Origin: Vairimorpha necatrix
Lineage: Eukaryota
Assembly (NCBI GenBank): GCA_036630325.1
Contig: CP142734.1
Location: 310,001-374,000 of the forward strand
Direction of reading: 5' to 3'
DNA length: 64,000 bases
The notes under the pieces are model-generated. The model made no database searches. It was not told where the DNA came from and was given only the letters and a program-made list of their open reading frames with translations. The stretch's first letter is position 1. Every line of letters begins with the position of its first letter. A program made the translations under genes and the position numbers. Shown one piece after another: positions 1-13,557 of this stretch.

Positions 1-790
1 TGAACATTTATACAACAATAAAAAATAAGACTTAAAGTGTCTAAAATGCGACGCTGATTGTAACACAACAGCAAAAAATAATTTGTAGCTATACGTGTTG
101 AAAAAACTTGTAGAATCAAAGTGTTATTATTGAAATTTTTCCGTTCCATTCCAAAAAATCAGTATTTAAGATATTTTTTTAGCTATAAACTATGGTCTTG
201 TAAAGATAAACAGGCCGCCATTAATGCATTGCTGCGTACTGGTCATAATTGTTTACAAATATAATTAAAAACCCAATTTTAAATGGGAAAACAAAGTTTA
301 TAATTTAACTATTAAAATAGAAGGAACTGAAAAAATAGCCAAAATGGACGAAAGCAATTTTGGAAAAGTTAAACAACAAAAAGAGGACTTATAGTCGATG
401 GTGTCTGGGGGGTTTGAGATGTTTGAAAGAACCACTTAAAGAAAATAATGATTTCAGTCGATAGTAAAAAAAACTTTTACTCTAGAAGAATTAATTAAAA
501 ATTTTGTTTACTGTGAATTAATAATACATAGTGACTGCTTAAGTCTTACACCAAATTAAAAGACTTTTTTGTTAAGCATAAAACTGGTATTATTCACTTG
601 AAGTTGTAAACATTTCAATAGCTGTCATACTGTCACTATTGAAGGAAAATGAAGTGGAGTAAAAAATAAAATTTCAAGAAAACACAGAAATCTCCTGATT
701 ACTGCCTTATTAATGAGATTTATGGATACAAGAAACTTTAAGGCGATTTAATTACAAATATTTTTACTTATTTGCTCTTCTTTTTTGCCG
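1..790 (+). mobile_element. Degenerate Merlin (IS1016/ISXO2-like) transposase remnant
   Basis: Broken frames give KMDESNFGK..VDGVW, IIHSDC and CHTVTIEG..SGVK. Paralog at ~31170-32070. Confidence 0.8.
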
Positions 791-982
791 TTTTGACTTG
801 CCAAAAAGGGTGTTTTTTTAAAAAAAATATTTACAGGCTAAAAAGGCCCCAAATGTATCTTTTACAACATACAATACCAAATTTTGATCTGATTACTCCT
901 CGATATTTTTGTTTTTGAAGGTTAGTATTATCCCTTTTAAGATCCTCATAATTTTTTTTCTAGTTCTTACACGCTGATGTTT

Positions 983-2180
983 TAGCACTAATTCATTTTC
1001 TTGCTTTCTCCCCCTTAGAAAAAATATTTTAACGCAAGAATTTATGATTTAATCTGATCTACAAAGTTCTATAATTTTAAAAAAAAGTAGATTAGGATCA
1101 TCATAATTTGAATGATTTATATTTCTTTTTGTTTTCTATGCAAATTCTTAAAGAAATAAATTAATTTTGTGTCTGCTAAGCTCAAGCTCGATCTGATCTT
1201 CTTCAAATGGAACCACAAATTCTCTATATTATTTGTGTGGTCTTCTTCTGGATTTATACACGAAAGCGAGTTATTTAGTATGTAGTGTTTGCTTTCGAAA
1301 TTTCTAGAGGCTAAGAACAAGGTAGATAGCCCTTAATAATTATAGAGCCTTGTTCTACTCTGCGTCTAAAAGATCCCAAGTGTTAGTAGATTGTCGATTA
1401 AGAAGCAATTTTTTACAAATTATCTCCAATTACTCTATAATGCCGCTTATAATCTAATGATATCCATACATATAATCTAAAGTGAAGAATGAATAGATTA
1501 ATGACCTCGTTGCATATGGCGGTTTTATCAAATTGTACTCAAACAGAAATTTCGTCAATTTCATATCTAGCATCAATTTTAGGAGCAAAGACTTCCATCA
1601 TTGTATCCTTGATTTTGAAATATGATTTTTCACATATTTTGCAAAGATCTATTGCTTGGTAAGTAGCATAATTAAATACTTCGCAATTGATTGCTTAAGA
1701 ATTTGTAAAATATAACGCGTATTTATTGTCGCTTAAGAAATGTTTAAGAAGCTCTTTGAACTAAACATTTTATTTATACAACAAAAAACTTTATCGTCAA
1801 TGTAACCGAGACATTTAATGATGTTCAAAGAACAACCTGTTTTATTATCGAACAATGTCTGCAAGCAATCGATCGATTTAGAAGATCTTCAACTAAAAAA
1901 ATTAAACGCTGATTCATTATTTCTAAAGCATAAATTTCCACAGATAGTTCATTTTCAGATAGTCTTCTTAAGATTCAACATTAAAAGGTTAAAAAATTCC
2001 TATTTTAAGTTTTAATGATAAATCAAAAGGAGACTATCATAAATTATCAAATAGTCAAAAATACCTTTACTTCATTTTCTTGCCCCCTCCCTGAAAAAAA
2101 ATGTTTAGATTTGTAAAATAACAAGATTTGAGGCTTTGTTGATGTTTTTTATTAGAGGGAAAAAAAGATGAGGTAACGTC
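983..2180 (-). mobile_element. Degenerate Merlin transposon, same family as 47322-48540
   Basis: ORF fragment INPEEDHTNNIENLWFHLK. Decayed TIRs (ttcattttcttgc...) at both ends, plus an internal inverted TIR copy at ~2067-2100. Absent from copy B. Confidence 0.75.
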
Positions 2181-2299
2181 AAACTTTTCGATTATATTGT
2201 TTCGAAATGATAATCATTGCAAAAATAAATATATGATAATGATTTTTTTTTATTTTAATACATTTTTAAGTCTTCAAACATGCAATTAATGACATTCTG

Positions 2300-3880
2300 C
2301 TTTCTTCTTACTTTTTACTTACCATTATATAGCCATGCCTCCTTGGTTATTGCATAACTAATAACCTTCTTATATTCTTCCTGTGTTAAAGGCTAAATAG
2401 ATTACACTATCCACAAATTATTCGTATCAATCGCGAAGGATTTAGATCTTTCATAATAAATTTTATGATATCTTACTAAGGAAATTTTGTTTTTTAAAAA
2501 ATCTATAAAATAAAAAAATTTTATTTTGTTTTATACTGATTAAATTGAATTAAAGATAACTTTAGTATCTTGAATATAATTATATATCTATATAAAAAAT
2601 ATACATTTTTTATGGCCTATTGTTGATGCAGTTAACAAAAAAATAGATGGGGTTGCATCTTTAGACCGAATGAGAGAGTTAAAGTCGCTCAGGAAAAAAT
2701 TTATATTGGGGCAGTAGTCGTATGACCAATGACAAAGCTCGTCTTTTTTGCGTGTAGAATAAAATACCTTCATAATCTAAGGTGCTTATATTCTATGATG
2801 CAGTTAGAACAAAATATATAATAAAAATAAGAACTGTGATTATTAATTTGACAATTAAACTTGTTTGTATACAGCAAAAAGGGAATAAGCATTTAGTAGG
2901 AGAACACACTTAAGGCCGTATAGAATATAATTTTTAAAGGAAAATTACACTGCAATTAATTCTGGGTACAACCTGTTCAAGCACAAGTTGGTTCATTTTT
3001 ATATGGGATTTCTGAGCCAACTAAGATACGTAAGAATTAGAGCAATATAAGTCGTGTTTTGTTTTTTTTCTTTGCGTGAGATTGGTAGAACCGCTACATA
3101 TGGATAAGGAGGTTTTGTTTTCGATTTCTATTTAACTGATACAGTGTAATCTTTATCGATTAAATTCATTCTTAAAAAACGTAGGATTAACTATCTCCGT
3201 CATAATAATTTGACTTTGGCTTCGTTAGAATTAATTTTCATCTATTCCTTCAATCGCGTCCAAAGTGTATTCACGACGAATACAATAAACAGGCATAGAA
3301 TTTATAACCCGAGGAGAGACATCTACGTCATACCCAAAGATGTGTTTCATCGTCTTATTTCACACACAACAACTTACACTGCCACTGTTCAGCCGGTATT
3401 TTATTGGTCTGTGCTGATCCCTTTACTACTAACAATTTGGATCACCATGGTTATAGTCTCGTATGATTTTGCTTACAAGACTTTATATTGCTCTACTTAG
3501 TAAGGTCTCTTATTTAACTTTTAATCACGACCAAAATGAAAAGGACATGGTGTTTAATCTGGAAGTATACAGCAATACTTTTATGTATCGATAAGTTTCT
3601 AAGTAATATAAGTTTTTAGTGCATAATGCATTTCAAAATATGTTTGTCCTCCCTATGACTAGATGCACACAAGTTTTATTGGATCAAATTAATGATTTTC
3701 GAGAATATTTTCATCATATAGGAGGTCAACTGCATCAAAGAAATATGAAATTATACGGTATCAAAGGGATCAGCATTCGTAATGTATCTGAAAGCTTTAT
3801 CTTTACCATTGGCTAAAGGGCACCTCGAGTTAATAAAATACTTAAAACGATCTGAGTATATTTTTAACAATGTTTTCTTG
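2300..3880 (-). pseudogene. Decayed gene of unknown family (copy 1 of 4)
   Basis: Homologous to 34870-36400 and, inverted, to 19520-20245 and 63060-63743. Fragment FGYDVDVSPRVINSMPVYCIRREYTLDAIEGID. Boundaries approximate. Confidence 0.5.
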
Positions 3881-4545
3881 AGTAATTATTGAAAAAATGT
3901 GTTAGCATAGAGTATTTACACTATAAAAAACAAATTGAACTATCAAGTTACATTTATTGTTACTTTGTAAATAAAAGGACTATATACTTCGTTAAGAGAT
4001 TTCAAAAGGATAAAATGAGGTGCAAAAAAGAAGCAAAATCCTTTCAATAATATAGTGGAAAGTTGTTTTATTTTACAAATCTCTTGATTTATGTTTTATT
4101 TAATAGAAGCAAACCAATTTTCACGTGCTAGAATGAATTATAAAAAAGTAATAATTCCGAAAAAATTATAAAAAAATATATATAGAGTGTTGAAGGGATT
4201 AACAGGCAAAGAGTTTTATTTATAGAAAATAAAGACTTCAACATAGAATATAATATTTTTATAATCTAAAACATCCCACTTTTCATTTAAGTTTTTTGGT
4301 TTTGTTTTTTTATTATTCTTTTCTACATTTTAAAGTTTATATTTTGAAAATACAGTTCAAAAAAATCTAAAAAAATATATATTTTACTGTGTAAACTTGT
4401 TTTTTAACTAAACACTCTTTAAGTATATTTTTTGATTCTAAACATTTCATTTTACAAATTTATACTATTTTTTTTTCATATTGCTTTCATCTCAATTTTA
4501 AATTTTTCTTGATAAAATGTTTTTTTTTTGATTTTGAAGCAGTTA

Positions 4546-4864
4546 CTGAATAACACATCTAATCTAAATAGGGAAATCAATCAAACTCAAAATATATTAT
4601 AAATATAATAACCAGTTTAAATCATCAATAATACTCAGTAAACTTAACGAGGTTAGAAAAAGAGGCAAAATATTTTTAAAAATTATGCAATAAAAAATAA
4701 AGAAATTTTACAATGTTCTTGCTTAAACTTGTACATTTAGCATCTTCCAATTATACACTTGGACATTTTATTAAATTTTCATTCGTATTATTCAGTATTT
4801 CTAGTCGTATTTATACCAATGTACAATGTTTTAGTAAATTACAGATATTTTGGAAGATTTATAA
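4546..4864 (+). pseudogene. Pseudogene copy of Rmp1-like gene (intact paralog 36990-37325)
   Basis: ATG changed to CTG, several frameshifts and a C-terminal deletion relative to 36990-37325. SSNYTLGHFIKFS is still recognisable. Confidence 0.85.
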
Positions 4865-4986
4865 AAACATAAACAATTTAGCTTCATCGCATTAATTTAA
4901 ATAATCTGTATTCTACTATATTATCTTATATTATATTTGTTTAGTATTAAATTTAATTAAAATCGTGTTACACTTTTATAGATTGG

Positions 4987-6088
4987 GGCTACTAGGAAAA
5001 TCGCCCTTAGCCTTTTACAAAGCGTATCAAAAAAAACATCACTTTTTTGACTTTTTTAGATATATTTTTTGTAGGGGAGGCAATTGTCAAAGCTATGGTC
5101 CCCTTTCTTTCACATTTTTTACCCTTTATAATATCAAGAATTTTTTATGTGTGTGAACATGGTCCTTGGAATTATATTTCAAGATAATGAACTCGCAAGT
5201 AAACTTTTCGTAGTCCGAGTGCTTTAAATCCTACCATTCAATGTGATTCAAAGTTTTGCCTGGAAAACATGTCTATTGCTAGAGATTCTGACTTCATTGG
5301 TGGAGAGTACAGATGTATCGTAAAAAAAAATACAAAGAATTGTTCTTAAAAAAGTGCGAATTATAATATATTATTATAGAATAGAAAAGATTTAAGGTGA
5401 GAATAATAATAGGTCTTTTCTTACGAACTATCAAGCTATTAATTTTTGCAAATAGCCGAGTCATAAATATTAATTTTAAAAATATATCAATAGATATTAA
5501 AGGTAATCTCATTCGGTAATAGAAAAGATAGTTTAGAAAGTATAAGAGTTCAAATCGATGAAACCATTATATGTAATGTCTTAGTGATTGATATTCTATC
5601 GTTTACACTACGATACCTCTATATACCATGGATACTTAAAGGAGTTATAAAAAGAGATGACTCCAATTTTTTTGTAACACTAATTACAACTGAAATATGA
5701 AACTTTAATATAAGAGTTAAAAAAAAACATTGGCTTTCTGGAACTATTATTGTTACTGATGGATATTCATCATGCTTAAAGCCGTAGCTAATTTGAGCCT
5801 CAGCCTGAAATAGTAAACCAATGCAAATGATTTAAAAACAACGAAGATGGACGTACAAATCACATTAAAAATTTCTGGCCCCACTTAAAACACGATTATA
5901 GAAAAAGAAGTGGATTAAATCATGATCGTATCGCTAAATTTTTAGGAGAATTTTTATAGCGTAAGAGATTTTTTCAAATTAGATTTAAATATTACTTTCC
6001 TCGTGCCTTTGCTTTACTTTCACAAATGTTTAGTTGTTTATAAATATATAATTAATTTTTTTGAAAGGGAGCTATTTTTCTAGTAACC
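4987..6088 (+). mobile_element. Old degenerate Merlin element (counterpart of the expanded 37447-50307 element)
   Basis: TIR-like ends ggctactaggaaaatc / ctatttttctagtaacc. Remnants GTIIVTDGY and TNHIKNFWPHLKHDYRKRSG. Holds the empty sites for copy-B insertions at ~5162 and ~5425. Confidence 0.75.
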
Positions 6089-7429
6089 ATTACTTTCATA
6101 TTAAAATGACTTTAGAAAGCTTAACTATGTAATCAATATGGGAAAAATACTTATATAGGAAGTGGTACACAAAAGCCCAATATGTGAATTTCAAAAAGAC
6201 ATCTAGGAATCGTGAAAAGAGGTAGTGGGTGTATCTTGTAAAAAATAATCAGTAAGTTGTTTTTTTCACCATTTATCTTTTTATTACTTTCATGGAAAGC
6301 TTTTATAGACGATATTTGAAAGAGAAATTGACTCTAAAAAATATTTTTTAAATGTTTTATGCAAATTCGTAAAGCAGTTAAATTATGCAGAATTTCTCTG
6401 TTTTTATTGAACTTCTAGTACACAATCAAATGCTTTATAAGAAAAACTAAATGTTGAAAAATAATATAATGAATATAACGGTCTTTTACAACAACAAAAA
6501 AATCATAATTCATTGTATTTTTAGTCTTAATGTTTAATATTGTTTTGTTTAAATAAAAAAATCTAAAAAGAAAAGTTCAATTTCACTATTTCTTGTGAAT
6601 GGGATTTAGACTAAGATTAATATTAGAAGAACTTAAGAACATAATTTATCCAATTTTCCTAATTCTTTTTACATTATAATTTACATGTGAATGGCTACGA
6701 ATTGAAAGTTGCCATCTTCATACAGCTTTTTCTTTACGAAAATGGTTGTTTTAATATCCTTATCGGCTATCATGTTTCAAGATATAGTATTAACGATACA
6801 CATATAAGAATTTTAGGAGACAGTAGAGTACATACTGCAAATTCTTATAGTGATAATATCTCACATATGTGTCTTTACAGTTCCACATCACTGGCCCAGC
6901 ATTGATGAATTACATTGGCGATTCGTATAAACGAGAGTTGACAAAATTGATACTGAATATTTTAGATAAAAAATGAGGTTTAGACACTGTTAGTATAGTC
7001 GCTATAGTTGGATTGAAATTTTTACTCAAAATACAAACGATCATAATTATAACAAATATTTTAAAAGACATTAAAATAGCAAATAATACATTCAATGTCT
7101 ATAAAAGAGTTCTTAAATAGGTCACAAATTCATATATGATAGAATTATACACATTTTAATGACTTTAAACCGAATCATGATGACAAATATTATCATTTAG
7201 ATGTTACAACAATTAAGATATAGATTTAAATGATGCTTATCGAAATTTAATCAGCATTTGATTTTCAGAGCAAGCAATTATATTTCTTGAAGCCTAATGC
7301 TATTCATAGTTTTTAATGTTTGTGCCATCCAATAATTCCTATTAAATCGAGAGACGTAAGACATGTTATTAACTTTGAGTCTTTACCTTTTCTAGAAAAC
7401 AAGGCCTAAAGTTTATATTTGAACTTCAA

Positions 7430-8246
7430 CATAAAAGATTTATTGAGTTAATTTATCATTAAGATTAGATAGTTATAGCACAGCTTTCCCCGGTATCGCT
7501 CATATGATTCAGCTCTTCACAGACTTTGGTTTCTGTGGATTTATTAATGTTTTCCAACTTTATTACCATTTGCCGACACCATTTCTTCAACAGTCGCCAT
7601 ATTTGCTAGTGCGCTTACAGCTCTTCCCACTTCTTCTTCTCCTGCATCCTCCTGATCGTATCCTCGTCGTTGTTAAAAAATGGACTCTAGAGTCCTTTCG
7701 AACACAATAACTAGATATATTCTGTAAGGTACGGGTTGTTTTCCGGCTCCAAGATGTACTTTCTGTGATATTTAGTCATCACTCCATCCCATGTCATTAC
7801 ATAAGAAAAATATTCTTGTCCGGGATTTATGTATTAGTCCCAGTTCATTTCTAAGAAGGTCATATTTTCTTAGTTTTTCATTTTCAACTATAGTATGTTG
7901 ATTTGGTTGGTTATACCAACTTCAACTATTAAAATTTCTTTCTTCTTCTTGTAAAACACAAGAATATCAGGCATATTATGGGTCACCTTTATATTAGTGG
8001 ATATTCTTTTTTCTACTCTTATTAATGAACGATCATTTTCTATATTCTTGTACTGAGTGTCCACGTATTTTTTTTGTCTTCTTAAGCCCATATTTAATAC
8101 ATAGTAAGAGATGAATGCTTTCAACTACCTCGTTGTGTCTTTTCATTTAATCAAACCCAACATTCGATCACACTTAGTAGCTAAATGATCCACGGTCTTC
8201 CTATGAGATCCACAATCGGGACATTGTCCCTCTTGTCCACAGAAAA
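7430..8246 (-). mobile_element. 5'-truncated non-LTR retrotransposon (R4/Dong-like, REL endonuclease)
   Basis: Zn knuckle CPDCGSHRKTVDHLATKC and REL motif PDILV..KKKKEILIVEVGIT. Flanked by 11-bp TSD TTGAACTTCAA (7419-7429 and 8247-8257). Absent from copy B. Confidence 0.85.
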
Positions 8247-8256
8247 TTGAACTTCA

Positions 8257-8283
8257 ATATATATATATATATATATATATATA
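8257..8283. repeat. (AT)n microsatellite
   Basis: About 13 perfect AT units next to the retrotransposon TSD. Confidence 0.9.
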
Positions 8284-9281
8284 ACAAGGTTAAAAATTTT
8301 CAATTTTTAAAGTATTAAAACATTATGCAAAAATGATTGTAATAACTTAAAAACTATTTTTTGTTAAATTAAAATAATAACTCTTGACCATAAAGAAAAT
8401 TTTCAAGTTATTTAAGGCGGGTTGATAACATTTAAGGCGAGAAAACAATCGTTTATCTTGTACGTTCGTTTATTGTGATCTTATACCTGATGAAATTTAC
8501 GACAGATATGATATTTCCATTTTTCGGCTTGCAATAATGTGTTAGATTCAGGACATAGACAAAAAAAAACTAAAGTTATTTGGAAACATATTTTATTTTA
8601 TTAAATGTTGAGATTGGGCAAAGAATAATTATAGAATTAATAAATTGAATGATTTTTTTTAATATATGATCTTTCTGGCTCAAAATTAAACACAGTGATA
8701 ATTTCCATCTATGTTGTATGTCTATTCAAAATTTTGTACTTTGGTTTTATGTTTAAAATTTATTATGTACTATTTAAGAGGTATAATGTATATGATTTTT
8801 GGATTTATAGTACTATCTTGTTTATCTAGTGTAGTTTACTTGTAAAATTTGTAATAAAAAAATTTTAGTTTGTTTTTTTGGTCTATAATTATTACCATGC
8901 AAAACTTATTGATATTTTTTTTACAATACAATAGTTTTAAAAGCAAAATTTAGATGATTTATAACATTGAACTTGCTTTTTCGAATATAATTTTATTCAT
9001 GATGATTGTATATAATTTTACAAGCCCCACACAATACAGTTAAAGGTTTTATGCTAAATATAAATATGCAATTAATCGTATATTTATATTCAATAGCATT
9101 TTATTCGGTATTTTCGATTAAAATCAAAATAAACAACGTATAAAAAATGTTTTTTTGATAAATTAATTTGTGCTGTAACTGTACATCGCTTTTTTGATAA
9201 AAAACAATAAATTACATAATAAGCAGCTCGTTCAAAAATGCTTTTTTATAAATTTCTTAACTCTAAATTAAAAAATAGAAA

Positions 9282-9289
9282 CCCTATAA
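9282..9289 (+). promoter_or_regulatory. Microsporidian CCC-like transcription signal upstream of ATG (representative example)
   Basis: accctataaATG after an AT-rich tract. Equivalent CCC/GGG motifs precede the starts at 11172, 13557, 16865, 18970, 22739 and 36990. Confidence 0.7.
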
Positions 9290-10258
9290 ATGAAGCCAAC
9301 AGAGCAATTGTTCACTAAAATTTTGCCTTTTCTAAAATTTAAAAGCGACGTTTACAAAAGTCAAGAATCTGTAGAAGATTTAGATGTAAATAGTAATGAT
9401 GATGTTTGGAAAAACGATAATGAAATTTTTAAGAACATTTTTAATTTTAACAATGTTTTATATAATGGTGGTCATAAAATTAAAGATAAATATATTGATC
9501 TCATTGCTCCAAAGTTACAACAAACCCGTTTGTCATTTGAAATATATTGTAAGTCTCGATTCGACGATAAAACTTTAGATTCTAAATCTATTAGAGAATT
9601 TCCAAAATGTAGTGCATATTTAATTAAAAGAGCCTGCCAATGTGATCAGGTTTGTATTGATAAAAACATATCAAATTTAAAATACGATCCTTCTTGCGTT
9701 ATCTTCGATCTTGAAAATGTCAATACTGACGTGTCATACCTTGATAGTTGTGATCGTCAAGCATTAAGGCCTTACGATGGTACATTAAAATTATATAAAT
9801 TCGGATTTAACATTGAAAGAGCGACTAAAGAGTTAAATGACTCTGTTATTGCATGTTGTAGAACATTAACTTATGCGCCTGATCTTATTTGTAATGCATA
9901 TGAACTAAGAGATGAATGTAAAAATGAAAAATTTTGTATGTCTAAAAATTTTATTGTACCTGGAAATTGTACACTAAATTTTAATAAAATAAAAGAAATA
10001 TTGGGAATTGAAAAAAATGGGATTTCTACAGAAAATCTAGTATCGAGCACCGATAATCCAACAGCACAAGCCGCCATTCTTATGCCTATTAAAGACGTCA
10101 ATTATTTTACTATCGGATTATCTGGGGCTTGTCTAATTATATTTTTATGTTTAATAGTTGTAAGTCTTTTTGGAAAATCAGTAAACAAAAAAATATTTTT
10201 TTTTTCAGTAATTGGGGTGATAATCGTATTCTTATCTTTAATATTGACTTTATATTAA
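9290..10258 (+). CDS. Hypothetical Cys-rich protein with two C-terminal transmembrane helices, 322 aa
   Basis: Long ORF with a CCC motif before the ATG and hydrophobic C-terminal segments. The paralog at 52807 keeps the frame despite many substitutions. Confidence 0.85.
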   Translation: MKPTEQLFTKILPFLKFKSDVYKSQESVEDLDVNSNDDVWKNDNEIFKNIFNFNNVLYNGGHKIKDKYIDLIAPKLQQTRLSFEIYCKSRFDDKTLDSKSIREFPKCSAYLIKRACQCDQVCIDKNISNLKYDPSCVIFDLENVNTDVSYLDSCDRQALRPYDGTLKLYKFGFNIERATKELNDSVIACCRTLTYAPDLICNAYELRDECKNEKFCMSKNFIVPGNCTLNFNKIKEILGIEKNGISTENLVSSTDNPTAQAAILMPIKDVNYFTIGLSGACLIIFLCLIVVSLFGKSVNKKIFFFSVIGVIIVFLSLILTLY

Positions 10259-10476
10259 AAAGTTTGAATTATTTTGTTTTTATGAATATACATAAATTTA
10301 ATTAAAAAAATTGTCTATAGGTCATGGCAACTATAGTTCTATATCAATTTCTTGCCTTAATAAGCAATTTAGAAAAATTCGTTTTTTAAAAAACAACATT
10401 TATGAATTCAACTAAATATTTGATGTTATTCATGAAAAAAAATTAAAAAACATAATAAAATAATCATTTAATCGCA

Positions 10477-11172
10477 TTAATTATGCAGCAAGGGATTCCT
10501 ATGGGTGGAATTTAAAGGAAGAAAGAAATCACTCTGTCTATTTATGGCGAAAGCATTAACAGTAGAAAGTTCAGTTGCATTAATTTTATATCCATCATTC
10601 CATATATTATCACAAATTAAGAAATAATCATCGAAATTTAAAATTTTCGTAATAGCATTGTTCCTTTTTTGATCTATTTTTAGATCTAAAAAACGAGACA
10701 ATACAGGTTCTACATTTTCTATATCAAATTTATGAATAAGAAAATAGTAGCAAACGAGGTTTCGAAAAAATTTTTTGAAAGCTTTTCCTAACACATATTC
10801 AAATTTATGTTTTGGTTCCTTACATATAATAGATTCTTCATCTTGTCCCATCATTGAATCTATAAAACTCAATGGAGACAAAAATTCCTTATCTTGAATT
10901 ATTTCTTCTTTCGTCCCTTTATTATATATTATTGGAGATTCTATATTATCATGAAGTAACCAATATATTATAAGTGCCATTGGAAAGACATCGCGCTTCC
11001 TATAATATTCATTACCAACCACGTAAACTGAACCCTTTCTGTTACATAGATTGAATAACATTATATGAAAATCATCTTTTAACCTACTTAAATCTTTTTT
11101 TACTGTTCCTCGAAACCTTTTCTTACTTGCATTTAGTAGAGTTAGAAAAAACATCAAAGAAGCCATACGCAT
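10477..11172 (-). CDS. Hypothetical secreted protein, 231 aa
   Basis: Start reassigned from the TTG to the ATG after acccataaa (MRMASLMFFLTLLNAS, signal-peptide-like). Identical copy in B. Confidence 0.8.
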   Translation of the reverse strand: MRMASLMFFLTLLNASKKRFRGTVKKDLSRLKDDFHIMLFNLCNRKGSVYVVGNEYYRKRDVFPMALIIYWLLHDNIESPIIYNKGTKEEIIQDKEFLSPLSFIDSMMGQDEESIICKEPKHKFEYVLGKAFKKFFRNLVCYYFLIHKFDIENVEPVLSRFLDLKIDQKRNNAITKILNFDDYFLICDNIWNDGYKINATELSTVNAFAINRQSDFFLPLNSTHRNPLLHN

Positions 11173-12690
11173 TTTATGGGTATATTCCAAACAAATTTAA
11201 AGGAATTTAAGATAGTTTTAATTAAAAAAAATTAAGTCAAGTCAAGTTAAATGAAAAATTATATAGAATTTTTGAGATTATACATTAAACAATGCAGTAT
11301 AATTTATAAATAAATCTCAGAAAATATAATATACATTAGAAAGCTCATCGATAAGATTGTTAAATAACTTTTAAAACTTAAATTTATCGCTTAGAACAGG
11401 AATTAAAGGATAAAGTCAATTTTGATGCTTTATTTTGTTTCTTCGTCGAAAAAATAAAATTGATTATAATCATCCAATTTAACCTTATTATAATATAAAT
11501 TAAAATCGGAGTTTGACAGGAAATATTCAATACCTTATTTGGTTATAATATTATAACTCAAGAAATAATTATTTTTTACAAGATACGCTTACAGTCTCTT
11601 TGACAGTTCTCGGAGTTTCTTCTGGAATTTGTGCAATGGACTCTCGACAAAAAATATAATTAAGTATAGTCAAAATAAATTTTGAAATTTTATTCTGACA
11701 TGAAAAAATTACCATAAGTCTAATTAATTTGCGTCAGAAAAAAATATAGGACTTTTATTGAACAAAGAGGTGCTCTAGTTTTTAAGTCTAATATTAAGTA
11801 AATTAGTATTTAGGATTGATAATGTTTTTTTTATACTAATTAAATTTGACCTATTAAAAATAATTAGATGTAAACTAAAGTTTTTTATGGTATAAAGTCT
11901 CGAATTTGCTGGAATTTGCAAATGGTTTCAATTTTTCTGCCCTTATATATTATATGACGTTTGTTATATAATTACATTCTAAATACTTAAAAATACCTAT
12001 ATTGTCAATTTACAGCCATATTTATAAGTAGGTATACAATATGAAACTTGGTTTACTTCGACCATGGCGACTAAAGTCAATTTATAATTTATCCTAAAGC
12101 AACTCTAAGTTTTATATAGTATATAATATTGTATACTGTGTTTTTTCTCAATATAGAGTATTCGATATACGGGATTTTTTAAAAAAATGATAATTGTAGA
12201 TTTATGAAAGGACGTATTAATTCGAAATACATAAAATTTTTTTTTGTAATTAATTATACGCATCAATCTAAGAACAAAAGGGCATAAGTTCAGTAATTTT
12301 TGTATAAAGAAATCGATTTGTAATAATTTTATTGTTGCATGTATTTACATATCTAATAATTACATTATTTTGGTTTTTAAATTTTACGATGTGTTGAATA
12401 TCTCAAAATATAAAAATAAATTTTCGAAAATAATACTAAAATTAAAAAGGTTTCTTCTATAAATTTTTTTAAAATTTGGAGCGAGAGTTAAAAGAAGATT
12501 GTTGTTATAAAAAAAATTAAAGTTTTTACATTAATCTTCATTGTGAATCATGAACCTGGTTTTTATAGGCACAATGTAATTTTATTGCAAATTTCTTATA
12601 ATTCGTATAAATATTTGTCAAACTATAATATTTTTTAAAGAAAATTGCAACGTTAATAAAACAAGGTTATATTAGATTAGTAAATTATAT

Positions 12691-13557
12691 TTAATTTTTT
12701 TGAATATTTTCTATTATCAAATTTGAAATTATTTCCATGTGCGATAAATAATTATCTAAATTTATATAAAAATTTGATATTATTCTATCTAATGACATCA
12801 ACTCATCTCTAATTTTACACAACAGAATAAAATTTATATTTGATTCTTCGACTAAACATTTTCCAGCATAATTTAAGATTTTAGGCAATGAAACCTCACT
12901 TATTAACATTTTAATATAGTTCGAATATATCCTATAATAATCAAGTAAATATTGATAATGTAACTTAACTTGACATTTAAATGTGTTCATTGTGATCAGA
13001 TCAACGCATCTTTCAACAAATTCAAAAACAAATACATAGAATTCTAATTTGTTCCTTGATAAATTTAAGCAATTTAATTCGGTTTTTAAAATTTTCGTAC
13101 ATTTTTTTGTGGAATATTTCAAGTTATTACTTTTGCATTGTATTCTCTTTCTATTTGAAGAAATAATGTGAAAATCTTTAGGACATATAGATAGTCTACC
13201 TCTCATAGCGGTAGGTAGGTATCTTAATTCATTTTGTATTTTTTTTATCTCGCAATAAACGTCTGAAGATTTGCTTAATTCAACAATGAGACAATATAGA
13301 TTATCATTTTTGTCGATTAAATGTTCATCTATAACATTAAAAAGTAAACTGAGTTCATCTGGTCCTAGCAAATTTAAATTTTGTTTTATGCATTCTAATT
13401 CTAAGAAATTCTCAGTAGTTCTATTAAATATCAAGTCAGGCGTCTGTTTATTAGATTCATATATATAAGATGCATATAAACAACTAGAAGTGTTCAAACA
13501 AAAGGTTGACGAAGTAATAAAACTAATTTCTAAAATTAATACGTAAATTGAAAACAT
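12691..13557 (-). CDS. Hypothetical secreted protein, 288 aa
   Basis: Start reassigned to the ATG after aacaacccc (MFSIYVLILEISFITSS, signal-peptide-like). Identical copy in B. Confidence 0.8.
   Translation of the reverse strand: MFSIYVLILEISFITSSTFCLNTSSCLYASYIYESNKQTPDLIFNRTTENFLELECIKQNLNLLGPDELSLLFNVIDEHLIDKNDNLYCLIVELSKSSDVYCEIKKIQNELRYLPTAMRGRLSICPKDFHIISSNRKRIQCKSNNLKYSTKKCTKILKTELNCLNLSRNKLEFYVFVFEFVERCVDLITMNTFKCQVKLHYQYLLDYYRIYSNYIKMLISEVSLPKILNYAGKCLVEESNINFILLCKIRDELMSLDRIISNFYINLDNYLSHMEIISNLIIENIQKN

Noticed and set aside
6650-7400. Possible decayed gene shared with ~50950-51750
   Set aside because: It is alignable between the copies, but no consistent frame or motif could be reconstructed.
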